Positions 57,266 through 64,000 of a DNA stretch of 64,000 bases are shown in pieces (the stretch's first letter is position 1; the number at the start of each line of letters is the position of its first letter). The position numbers were made by a program, and so were the translations under genes. The notes under the pieces are model-generated. The model was not told where the DNA came from, made no database searches, and saw only the letters and a program-made list of their open reading frames with translations. Source of the stretch: a virus; IMG/VR virus record IMGVR_UViG_3300013004_000041, positions 17,061-81,060 of that record. The stretch is one strand, 5' to 3'.

Positions 57266-57462
57266 GTGATGATGTTAGGTTTATAGACCTATTTGATCCT
57301 AATCAGCCAAGAAGCGATAGGGATCTCATTGAGTCCCGTCTCGAAATTTGCAATACCTGCCCACATTTCAATAAAAGACTTGTCAAATGTAAGAAGTGTG
57401 GATGCTATATGAAATTAAAGACAACACTTGTTCAAGCGAAATGTCCACTTGGCAAATGGTGA
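57262..57462 (+). CDS. small Cys-rich protein (DUF6171-like)
   Basis: RLEICNTCP..CKKCGCYMKLKTTL..AKCPLGKW. Confidence 0.7.
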   Translation: MSDDVRFIDLFDPNQPRSDRDLIESRLEICNTCPHFNKRLVKCKKCGCYMKLKTTLVQAKCPLGKW

Positions 57463-57500
57463 TTGATCTGCTACAATATAAGAACAATAAAGGAGACAAA

Positions 57501-57680
57501 ATGATTACTAGAGAAACCATCGTAAATGCAGTTGTGGAGACTGTAGAAGATAATATTAGATCAGAAGCACCAAAGGATATGTCATCCCAAGAGGTTGATG
57601 CTATGCTTACATTAGGTAGACAAGGTCTTGTAACTACCGCTCAAAAAATCGCAGATAAACTTTTAAATAAAAACGTTTGA
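57501..57680 (+). CDS. hypothetical protein
   Basis: ATG 57501 with AAGGAG RBS. Confidence 0.55.
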   Translation: MITRETIVNAVVETVEDNIRSEAPKDMSSQEVDAMLTLGRQGLVTTAQKIADKLLNKNV

Positions 57681-57846
57681 GCAAAATCTGAAAAATTTTT
57701 TATAAAGTCATTTTGACAAAAATCTGAATATTTTGCTAATATGTACGATACAGGAAATTTAAAAATAAATACAAAAAAATAGTGAGCACATAATAGAAAG
57801 ATCGCACCATTACTGATGCGACCTAATCTTTTATACTGGTGCGACT

Positions 57847-58029
57847 CTATCTTATAGGAGCCGTGCCCTGTAAATAACCATCTATACCCAGCAGGTCGCA
57901 AGTAACCTTCACTCGTTGATTTTTCTTTAGGTTATTGCGATACAATTCAATAAAGTATTGGACATTTTCTTTTGTAGGTAAATCCATGTCCATCTCTTTA
58001 CCGCTCATCGTTGTTATTGTTACTTTCAT
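57847..58029 (-). CDS. small early protein, paralog of 59527..59703
   Basis: KVTCDLLGIDG matches KVECDLLAISG. Confidence 0.65.
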   Translation of the reverse strand: MKVTITTMSGKEMDMDLPTKENVQYFIELYRNNLKKNQRVKVTCDLLGIDGYLQGTAPIR

Positions 58030-58131
58030 TTATTTCTTCTTTCTTGTAATGACTTCTATCGTAATTTGCTATTGTGCCACCATTGGCTAAGTGTGCTTTT
58101 CTGCGGAGTTGTTCCTCACTATACCCCGCCA

Positions 58132-58242
58132 CTATAACACGCACTCGCAAGGCTCGATGGAGTAATCCTCGTTATCACCATAGAAAATAATACCTCTACC
58201 TGAGCAGGTATCGCACTCAATAATTTGTAATGAGTTTATCAT
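58132..58242 (-). CDS. small Cys-containing protein (36 aa)
   Basis: Not in track: MINSLQIIECDTCSGRG...PCEC; starts adjacent to the upstream stop. Confidence 0.5.
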   Translation of the reverse strand: MINSLQIIECDTCSGRGIIFYGDNEDYSIEPCECVL

Positions 58243-58440
58243 TTACTCACCTACCTTTACCGCAATAATTCTGTAATTATCCTTATAGGAATAAGGGGTT
58301 CTAACTAATACTCGATACGCTTCTGCGTTAGAATACCAGACATCAGATTTTTCTGCTGAAATAATCTCGCCCGTCAAAGTATTTGAGCGATAGGTTTTGC
58401 CTACTAATAGGCTTTCGATTGTGTATAGATTTGCTGACAT
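58243..58440 (-). CDS. small early protein, paralog of 60300..60512
   Basis: MSANLYTIESLLVGKTY; RBS GAAGG. Confidence 0.7.
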   Translation of the reverse strand: MSANLYTIESLLVGKTYRSNTLTGEIISAEKSDVWYSNAEAYRVLVRTPYSYKDNYRIIAVKVGE

Positions 58441-58472
58441 GAGCAACCTTCTTTCTTTCTTTTGATAATTCT

Positions 58473-58811
58473 ATTCTATCAGGGGGGTCTGACATTTTGG
58501 CTACTTATTTGCTGAGGCTCATTGTGAGTTGTATCACACTTATTCGCTCAGGCTCATTAGCCTTGTGTCCTTTATTTATTTGTATAGGAGAATAATAACA
58601 TAGATACCATCAAAAGTCAAGTACCTTATCGGCGTGTCGCATGTGGTGTTTATCACATAGACAAAACGGACATATCGGACAACTACCTAGGAAAAAGTTA
58701 TCCACAGGTCTGACCATTCATGTGTGGATAACTAATGTGAGCCTTATCACAAAAATACTTTTCCGACACGCCCGAAAAACACCCTAATTTGTCAGACCCC
58801 TGTGTTAGACT
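58473..58811. promoter_or_regulatory. divergent promoter/operator block
   Basis: Promoters at 58473-58494(-), 58592-58620(-) and 58790-58811(+); CRP-like sites at 58523, 58642, 58736; DnaA boxes at 58698 and 58723; CGACACGCC at 58631(-) and 58764(+). Confidence 0.75.
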
Positions 58812-58858
58812 TACAGAGTAAGAAAATAAATAGTAATAAAAAAGAAAGGTGGTCTCAA

Positions 58859-59038
58859 ATGACTACACTAACAATAACAAAATGCGTTGAGCATAACCCT
58901 ATGAAATCTGCTATCTCCGAAATCGGTGATGAGCAATTTACTTTCTGCCAAAATTGTGAGCAGAACATTGAGCGTTACTACTATGATAGCGACCCTGAGC
59001 GTTTGCCTATGTGGACAGATTGGTATGTATCTAAATGA
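58859..59038 (+). CDS. small Zn-binding early protein
   Basis: C.EH..FCQNCE; ATG 58859 after GAAAGGTGG. Confidence 0.65.
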   Translation: MTTLTITKCVEHNPMKSAISEIGDEQFTFCQNCEQNIERYYYDSDPERLPMWTDWYVSK

Positions 59039-59217
59039 ACGACACTATGCAATTTATAGATGAGCAAGGCTTATGCGCTATGGATAACATTTGTGCATTT
59101 TGCATAACACTATTTGACGGGTGGAATAGATTTTGCCCAGCGTGTAAGGACTACAAGGGCGTAATGGCTCTACCTGATTTTATCAACACTTATGGAAAGG
59201 AAGGACTTAAAAGATGA
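59035..59217 (+). CDS. small Zn-ribbon protein
   Basis: CAFC..CPAC. Confidence 0.65.
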   Translation: MNDTMQFIDEQGLCAMDNICAFCITLFDGWNRFCPACKDYKGVMALPDFINTYGKEGLKR

Positions 59218-59378
59218 GTACCTTTATTAACTTAGACTCAGTTTGCGGTGCTACTACTGCAAGCGTTGATGTCTATGACTTAGACCTTAACCCTCATGGG
59301 GTTATCTGTTGCGATAACTGCAAATCTATCGTGTTATGCCGTAAGGCTTGGGATTTTCTATACAAGAAAGGAGAATAA
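59214..59378 (+). CDS. small Cys-rich protein (54 aa)
   Basis: Not in track; ATGA overlap with upstream stop; CCDNC motif. Confidence 0.55.
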   Translation: MSTFINLDSVCGATTASVDVYDLDLNPHGVICCDNCKSIVLCRKAWDFLYKKGE

Positions 59379-59382
59379 CTAA

Positions 59383-59523
59383 ATGGCTATTTTTAATTTT
59401 GAGTTATTCGTAGATGTAGAAGCAGATGATTTTGAGTCTGCTTATTCATGGCTAAAGGCTATGCCACTTGAGAGACAGTTAGACTTTCATGTAATTGACT
59501 ATCGAGAAATAGAAGGAGAATAA
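59383..59523 (+). CDS. small acidic protein, paralog of 61759..61902
   Basis: MAIFNFELFVDVEADDFESA; RBS AAGGAG. Confidence 0.6.
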   Translation: MAIFNFELFVDVEADDFESAYSWLKAMPLERQLDFHVIDYREIEGE

Positions 59524-59526
59524 ATA

Positions 59527-59703
59527 ATGATAACCCTAACTCTTACCTCGTACAATGGTAATACTAAAAAAATGCCTTTCTATACAGAAAAGCAGGTGCG
59601 TAGTTTTATTTCTGCGCTTCCATCACAATTAAACAAAACAACATCTCTAAAAGTAGAGTGTGATTTATTAGCAATTAGCGGAACAGTTAGAGGAGAAAAA
59701 TAA
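59527..59703 (+). CDS. small early protein, paralog of 57847..58029
   Basis: 58 aa, RBS AAGGAG. Confidence 0.6.
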   Translation: MITLTLTSYNGNTKKMPFYTEKQVRSFISALPSQLNKTTSLKVECDLLAISGTVRGEK

Positions 59704-59847
59704 ATGAAAAAAAATGTTTTAATTAGTTTTGTAACTGAAGCAGATACAGATCTTCAAGCAGTTTTTAATTTAAATAAAGTTTTTGCTAAACTTAGCGAAA
59801 ACGAATTAGAAAAATTTGATGCGTTTGAAGTTTTGCCTGTTGAATAA
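59704..59847 (+). CDS. small hypothetical protein (47 aa)
   Basis: RBS GAGGAG, starts right after the upstream stop. Confidence 0.55.
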   Translation: MKKNVLISFVTEADTDLQAVFNLNKVFAKLSENELEKFDAFEVLPVE

Positions 59848-59900
59848 ATAAAAAAGTTTTTTGGACTTCCCCTCCAAAAAATTCCTAGGCAATCTACCTA

Positions 59901-59998
59901 GCGTGTCGTCCACAGGGGGTGTGGATAACTAATGTGGTATAAATCACATACGACACGCCGTGTTTGGACTTGACTTTTTGGCTTTTGTGTGTTATTCT
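59901..59998 (+). promoter_or_regulatory. operator/promoter block
   Basis: GCGTGTCG 59901, TGTGGATAA 59920, TGTGG-N6-TCACA 59933, CGACACGCC 59951, TTGACT-N17-TATTCT 59970. Confidence 0.75.
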
Positions 59999-60031
59999 TG
60001 CAGTATTAGAAAATAAAGAAAGGTGGTCAAA

Positions 60032-60208
60032 ATGACTACACTAACATTAGAACAAAAAATCGCTAAGGCTGCTCACATGATAGCAGACGGAGAGTGTGTA
60101 TCCTTTAGAGGTGCCTCATTCGATACATACATGAAGGTAGAGCGTCTCGCTAATCGTATCAAGCAAGAGCGAGAGTTTCCTCAATGCCCTTGCGGAGAGT
60201 GTGACTAA
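60032..60208 (+). CDS. small early protein
   Basis: RBS GAAAGGTGG; C-terminal CPCGEC. Confidence 0.6.
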   Translation: MTTLTLEQKIAKAAHMIADGECVSFRGASFDTYMKVERLANRIKQEREFPQCPCGECD

Positions 60209-60265
60209 GGTCACATAGACACAACGGCGTGTCGAATTGACTTTTTAGCAAAAAAATGAAATAAT
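60200..60265 (+). promoter_or_regulatory. operator/promoter block
   Basis: TGTGA-N6-TCACA 60200, GGCGTGTCG 60226, TTGACT-N17-AATAAT 60237. Confidence 0.7.
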
Positions 60266-60299
60266 AGGATTATTAGAAACTAAAGAAAGGTGACAACTA

Positions 60300-60512
60300 A
60301 TGTCAGCAAATGTCTATACTATCGAAAACCTACTTGTAGGAAAGACTTATCACTCAAAAACCCTAAAGGGTGAAATTATCTCAGCCGAAAAGGCTGATGT
60401 CTGGTATGGAACAGATACCGAAAGTTATCGTGTTCAGGTGCGACCTCACTACTCAGCACCACTAAACCTAAAAGATACTTATCGTTATTTAGCAGTAAGG
60501 ACAAACGACTAA
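60300..60512 (+). CDS. small early protein, paralog of 58243..58440
   Basis: MSANVYTIENLLVGKTY; RBS AAAGGTG. Confidence 0.7.
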   Translation: MSANVYTIENLLVGKTYHSKTLKGEIISAEKADVWYGTDTESYRVQVRPHYSAPLNLKDTYRYLAVRTND

Positions 60513-60628
60513 TGAAATTAGATGAATTCAAAGCCCACATTGAGGCACAGCGTAAAGCGCAACAATTGACAAACTTAGAGAAAATCGCTAAAATTGTAGT
60601 AACAACAAACACGAAAGGTAAAAACTAA
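60512..60628 (+). CDS. small hypothetical protein (38 aa)
   Basis: TAATG coupling, RBS AAGGA. Confidence 0.45.
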   Translation: MKLDEFKAHIEAQRKAQQLTNLEKIAKIVVTTNTKGKN

Positions 60629-60630
60629 CT

Positions 60631-60888
60631 ATGACTAACACAACTTATACAGATTTCCCATTCACCGCTAACGGAATAAATTTTATTTCACGCATTCACT
60701 CCGACTCCCCGTTTCTATCTCAAATTCAAAGCCTGCCAGAAGGTGTATTTGCTCAGATGAACATTCAAGCAGTAAATGAATTGCTAACTATTGGTAAGAC
60801 TTATACCATTGAGGAAGTGCAAACAGAATTGGACCGAGTAAACGAAGGTGGAAGCCATGCGTTTATTTTGTTAGGAGAAAACAACTAA
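60631..60888 (+). CDS. hypothetical protein
   Basis: 85 aa, RBS GAAAGG. Confidence 0.6.
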   Translation: MTNTTYTDFPFTANGINFISRIHSDSPFLSQIQSLPEGVFAQMNIQAVNELLTIGKTYTIEEVQTELDRVNEGGSHAFILLGENN

Positions 60889-61088
60889 TGATGACACGAA
60901 AAGACTATGTCGCAGTTTCAGAAATTCTTGGCAATTACTTTGCTACATCTGTTTTTGATGAGCAAGGAGAAATTTTATTTGCTGATTTGGTAGATGAATT
61001 TTCTCTAATGTTTGAAAAAGATAACCCAAGATTTGACGCAAATAGATTTGCTATTGCTTGCTATAAAGACTTGGAGATGATTTCATGA
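60888..61088 (+). CDS. hypothetical protein
   Basis: MTRKDY..A...DNPRFD..RF..AC, a motif I recall from other phage small proteins. Confidence 0.65.
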   Translation: MMTRKDYVAVSEILGNYFATSVFDEQGEILFADLVDEFSLMFEKDNPRFDANRFAIACYKDLEMIS

Positions 61089-61210
61089 CAAGGGCTGCAA
61101 CTACAATCGTTCAACTATTTTTAGCGTGTAGCGTTTTTATTTTATTTAGAATGATGTTACCAATGCTAAAAGAAGATTTACAAGAAATAAAAAAAGATTT
61201 TAGAAAATAA
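61085..61210 (+). CDS. small membrane protein (41 aa)
   Basis: ATGA overlap, GGAG RBS, hydrophobic helix. Confidence 0.5.
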   Translation: MTRAATTIVQLFLACSVFILFRMMLPMLKEDLQEIKKDFRK

Positions 61211-61262
61211 AATCAGATCCTGAGCATGATTGAAAACTGCTCAAATTTTTGCTAGGTGCCTA

Positions 61263-61373
61263 GCGTGTCGTCCACAGGTTATCCACAGGCTTTACGTGTG
61301 ATTAAAAACACACCAACAATTTTCCCGAAACCTGCACTTTGGATTTGATTTTGTCAGTACGAAATGATAGGCT
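61263..61373 (+). promoter_or_regulatory. operator/promoter block
   Basis: GCGTGTCG 61263, TTATCCACA 61279, TGTGA-N6-ACACA 61297, TGTCAG-N7-TGATAGGCT 61352. Confidence 0.7.
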
Positions 61374-61403
61374 TGATTTATCAAGTTAAGAAAGAAGGCA
61401 TAA

Positions 61404-61544
61404 ATGACCGACACCTGTATCCAATGCAACGAAAATGCAGTATCCATTACTGAATTGTATTGCTATAACTGCTATCTTGATAATAATGCAGAAATAGACT
61501 ACACTAAGATTGACCTACTATGGACTACTAAGGAGAACGCATAA
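61404..61544 (+). CDS. small Zn-finger-like protein (46 aa)
   Basis: CIQC..CYNC; coupled to the next gene. Confidence 0.55.
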   Translation: MTDTCIQCNENAVSITELYCYNCYLDNNAEIDYTKIDLLWTTKENA

Positions 61545-61759
61545 TGGAATACCTATACTCAGTAACAGTTACCTATGACTCTAACCCTACACCTGCTTGG
61601 GTTGGTCGTTACTCAGATGCTTTAACTGCCGTTGAAGTTTATCAGAAGTTTGTTGATGTAGGGTTTGCTAACGAATACTCAACAGTTAATCTATCAGAGC
61701 CTTCAGGCAAAATGCACACAAAAACTCTTTATGCTTCAGGATTGGTGGTAACACGATAA
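61544..61759 (+). CDS. hypothetical protein
   Basis: 71 aa, RBS AAGGAG. Confidence 0.65.
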   Translation: MEYLYSVTVTYDSNPTPAWVGRYSDALTAVEVYQKFVDVGFANEYSTVNLSEPSGKMHTKTLYASGLVVTR

Positions 61760-61902
61760 TGCCACTATTTGAATTTAACACTTTCATAAATGTAGAAGCA
61801 GAGGACTATGACTCAGCAATAGAAGTGTTTGATAGTAATATCAGATACGGATTACTAAATAAAAATGATATATATGTAGCAGATATAGAGGAGAAAAAAT
61901 AA
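61759..61902 (+). CDS. small acidic protein, paralog of 59383..59523
   Basis: MPLFEFNTFINVEAEDYDSA; TAATG coupling at both ends. Confidence 0.6.
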   Translation: MPLFEFNTFINVEAEDYDSAIEVFDSNIRYGLLNKNDIYVADIEEKK

Positions 61903-62222
61903 TGGGAAGCGTAACAGCAATTGGATTAGCAGATAGCGTCCTTGATTTAGAAACACAATTAGCCTATCACTTACAGGGTAATCACTATCCACCCGTACCA
62001 CTAAGCATGGTGCAACCTTGCATTGATGCTATTGATGCTTACTATGATAATGATGCTATGAGACAGATTGCTATGCCAGATGGCGTATTCTACAAGGGCA
62101 TGAGTCATGCACCAGCGTATGCGATTATTGAACAACACCACTTAGATTTTTGGTTGCCACAAGATGATGAATACTATGGTGAAGAAGATGCAGGGTATGA
62201 ATTAGGATTGGGGCTTGAATAA
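61902..62222 (+). CDS. hypothetical protein
   Basis: 106 aa, HLQGNHYPPVP; RBS GAGGAG. Confidence 0.7.
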   Translation: MGSVTAIGLADSVLDLETQLAYHLQGNHYPPVPLSMVQPCIDAIDAYYDNDAMRQIAMPDGVFYKGMSHAPAYAIIEQHHLDFWLPQDDEYYGEEDAGYELGLGLE

Positions 62223-62449
62223 TGTCTGCTACAATGATGAGTATGGAATTGCGATTCGCTGATTATCTTTTGCCAAACCAATTGGCAGAAGGTGATTTGG
62301 TAAAAATTGAAGATCAGTTTGTAACAGTAAAAACAATAATGGAATCTAATGATGGTTATCATTTAATTTTGCTTGATGACTTTGGTGATGAAGTTGAAGC
62401 ATTTGTTTTAGATGATGACAAAATTGAATGGTACGTTTTTGTGGAGTAA
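62222..62449 (+). CDS. small acidic beta-rich protein
   Basis: 75 aa, TAATG coupling. Confidence 0.6.
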   Translation: MSATMMSMELRFADYLLPNQLAEGDLVKIEDQFVTVKTIMESNDGYHLILLDDFGDEVEAFVLDDDKIEWYVFVE

Positions 62450-62523
62450 TCCGCAAAACCGCCTAGGCAATTTGGACAAATCGGACATTTGCATTTTTAA
62501 TATTTTTATGATAAGATTAAATC

Positions 62524-62652
62524 ATGAGAAAGAAAACCCCTGAGGAATTAAGACGTTTAATGGAATTACGTCGTTCCAATGCCGCCACCCCATTACGCAG
62601 CAAAAAGTGGTATTCCCGAAAGATTAAACACAAAAATAAGAGTGTCGCTTGA
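62524..62652 (+). CDS. small basic protein (42 aa), probably leaderless
   Basis: MRKKTPEELRRLMELRRSNAA; ATG 6 nt after the -10 of TTGCAT-N17-TAAGAT. Confidence 0.55.
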   Translation: MRKKTPEELRRLMELRRSNAATPLRSKKWYSRKIKHKNKSVA

Positions 62653-62700
62653 TTTTTAATTAAAAAAATGTTATTATAGAAGTCTAAAGAAAGGACCCCC

Positions 62701-63420
62701 ATGAAACTAAAACGTTCTATGGATAGGAAGGTAGCAAATGCAGTATCAAAAAATGGAAAAACCCCAACAATCGCCAACACTTTTGGATTACCTGCTGGAA
62801 AGGCTTATTCATGCCCTAATCAAACCTCTGTATGCGCTAAGGTATGCTACGCAGGAAAACTCGAAAAAATCTACAAAGGAGTAAGAGATAATCTTATTCA
62901 TAATTGGGATCTATTGAAAGACGCTAACTATGATGAAATGGTTAGATTACTTGATGAGATGATTCTTGATTTTAAGGCAGACTGTGTAAAGAAGGACGCC
63001 CCTATGTTATTCCGTATTCACTGGGACGGGGATTTCTTTAATGATACTTATACCCTCGCCTGGAGCACAGTAGTTAAAAATCATAGCGATGTTAAATTCT
63101 GGGTTTATACTCGTGTACCCTCTGCAATAGAAATTCTCAAGGGTATCGATAATCTATCTGTTTATTTTAGTACAGACGCAGATAATAAGGATGAAGCAAT
63201 AAAACTATTTAATGCTCATGGCGTTAAATTAGCATACCTTGCAGAAACTTTTGCTATAGGTCAAGAGGACATGAAGGCAATGATAGGTAAGGTAGGCGCT
63301 AAGTGCCCTGAGAATAAGAAGGCTATCCCCCTAATCTCACAGGCTGGATCTGCTTGCGTATCATGCGGCTTGTGTATTGACAACAAATCTGCTATAGTAT
63401 TTTCAACAAAGAAAAGGTAA
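62701..63420 (+). CDS. Gp88-like Cys-motif protein (radical-SAM-related fold suspected)
   Basis: FGLPAG..SCP....C...CYA, FRIHWDGDFF, WVYTR and CP..C..CGLC motifs; promoter TTGATT-N17-TATTAT. Confidence 0.7.
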   Translation: MKLKRSMDRKVANAVSKNGKTPTIANTFGLPAGKAYSCPNQTSVCAKVCYAGKLEKIYKGVRDNLIHNWDLLKDANYDEMVRLLDEMILDFKADCVKKDAPMLFRIHWDGDFFNDTYTLAWSTVVKNHSDVKFWVYTRVPSAIEILKGIDNLSVYFSTDADNKDEAIKLFNAHGVKLAYLAETFAIGQEDMKAMIGKVGAKCPENKKAIPLISQAGSACVSCGLCIDNKSAIVFSTKKR

Positions 63421-63491
63421 GGAAATCATGAAACTAATAGGCTTATTACTTACAGCCCTACTATTGTGGGTCATTTTTTACCCCCCTCTAA

Positions 63492-63576
63492 AGTGACCCA
63501 AATCACACGAGAGAAATCTCAAAATGTGAGAAAATGTCAAAAATAACTTGACACGGCAAGAAATAAATGTCATAAT
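63492..63576 (+). promoter_or_regulatory. CRP-like site plus promoter
   Basis: AGTGA-N6-TCACA 63492; TTGACA-N17-CATAAT 63548. Confidence 0.65.
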
Positions 63577-63607
63577 AATAACATAACCAAAACAAAGGAG
63601 AAAAACA

Positions 63608-63775
63608 ATGTCAGTAGCAACCGCAACTTACAAGGTAGGCGACCTATACACTTCACAGAAGTCAAAGGTTACAGGCACAATTACAGAAATCAAGCCAAAC
63701 AAGGACGGCTCAACTGTTCGTGTAAAACTTGATGTAAATGGCACACCTCGCTGGACAACTTGGACGGCTAAGTAA
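63608..63775 (+). CDS. small SH3/KOW-like beta protein (55 aa)
   Basis: Not in track on +; RBS AAGGAG; YKVGD..VTGTITEI..VRVKL. Confidence 0.65.
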   Translation: MSVATATYKVGDLYTSQKSKVTGTITEIKPNKDGSTVRVKLDVNGTPRWTTWTAK

Positions 63776-63896
63776 TTCCTAACTAAATAAACAGGAAAAG
63801 TCCTGAGCATGACTACTAAAAAGGCTCAACTTGATTTCTAACAGAAAAAATGTTAGACTTAGATAGACCCAAACCCATAAGAAAGGAAATAAACAA

Positions 63897-64000
63897 ATGG
63901 CAAGAGGACAAAAAGCAATTAGCGTAAAGATTGCTACAACTAAAGTTATCAAGGCTTTAGAAACAAAGTTAGCACAACTCCAAAAGGATAAGGCTAATCA
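63897..64000 (+). CDS. hypothetical protein (runs off window)
   Basis: ATG after AAAGGA and promoter TTGATT-N17-TAGACT at 63831. Confidence 0.55.
   Translation, partial: MARGQKAISVKIATTKVIKALETKLAQLQKDKAN

Noticed and set aside
63628-63810. Minus-strand 60-aa ORF in the track
   Set aside because: The + strand ORF 63608..63775 has a strong RBS and promoter and matches the local gene orientation.
1-64000. tRNA, rRNA, integrase or transposase
   Set aside because: No cloverleaf/T-loop signatures or recombinase motifs recognised by eye; a tRNAscan-SE/HMM run would be needed to exclude them fully.

Overview
A 64-kb AT-rich segment of a tailed (siphovirus-like) dsDNA phage. An actinobacterial host is inferred from the PASTA domains, the actinobacterial-type 3Fe-4S ferredoxin, apparently leaderless genes and CRP/GlxR-like sites. 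Bases 1-55.5 kb are an almost entirely minus-strand late region: tail-tip genes, a split ~3,200-aa tape measure carrying a kinase-like insert, duplicated tail chaperones, tail tube, head-tail genes, capsid, protease/scaffold, portal, a class II ribonucleotide reductase and many fibre/adhesin genes. The strongest candidate for a new system is two parallel cassettes. Each has a fibre gene ending in the same C-terminal domain, then a PASTA-domain protein with a highly repetitive core, then a dedicated set of tailoring enzymes. Cassette 1 pairs a Pro-Pro-Val-Thr repeat protein with a prolyl-hydroxylase-like enzyme, a glycosyltransferase and two more 2OG-Fe(II) oxygenases. Cassette 2 pairs a Tyr/Phe/His/Gly repeat protein ending in a Hint domain with an oxygenase, ferredoxin, GT2 and epimerase. 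Together these suggest phage-encoded post-translational decoration of virion surface proteins. From 57.8 kb to 64 kb lies an early-type region of tiny, partly paralogous genes. Its intergenic blocks repeatedly combine CRP-like palindromes, perfect DnaA boxes and a CGACACGCC motif, with two promoter classes, twin pentapeptide minigenes and a repeated pseudoknot-like RNA. No tRNA, rRNA, CRISPR array, integrase or terminase was recognised. All family assignments come from motif recognition by eye, not database searches.
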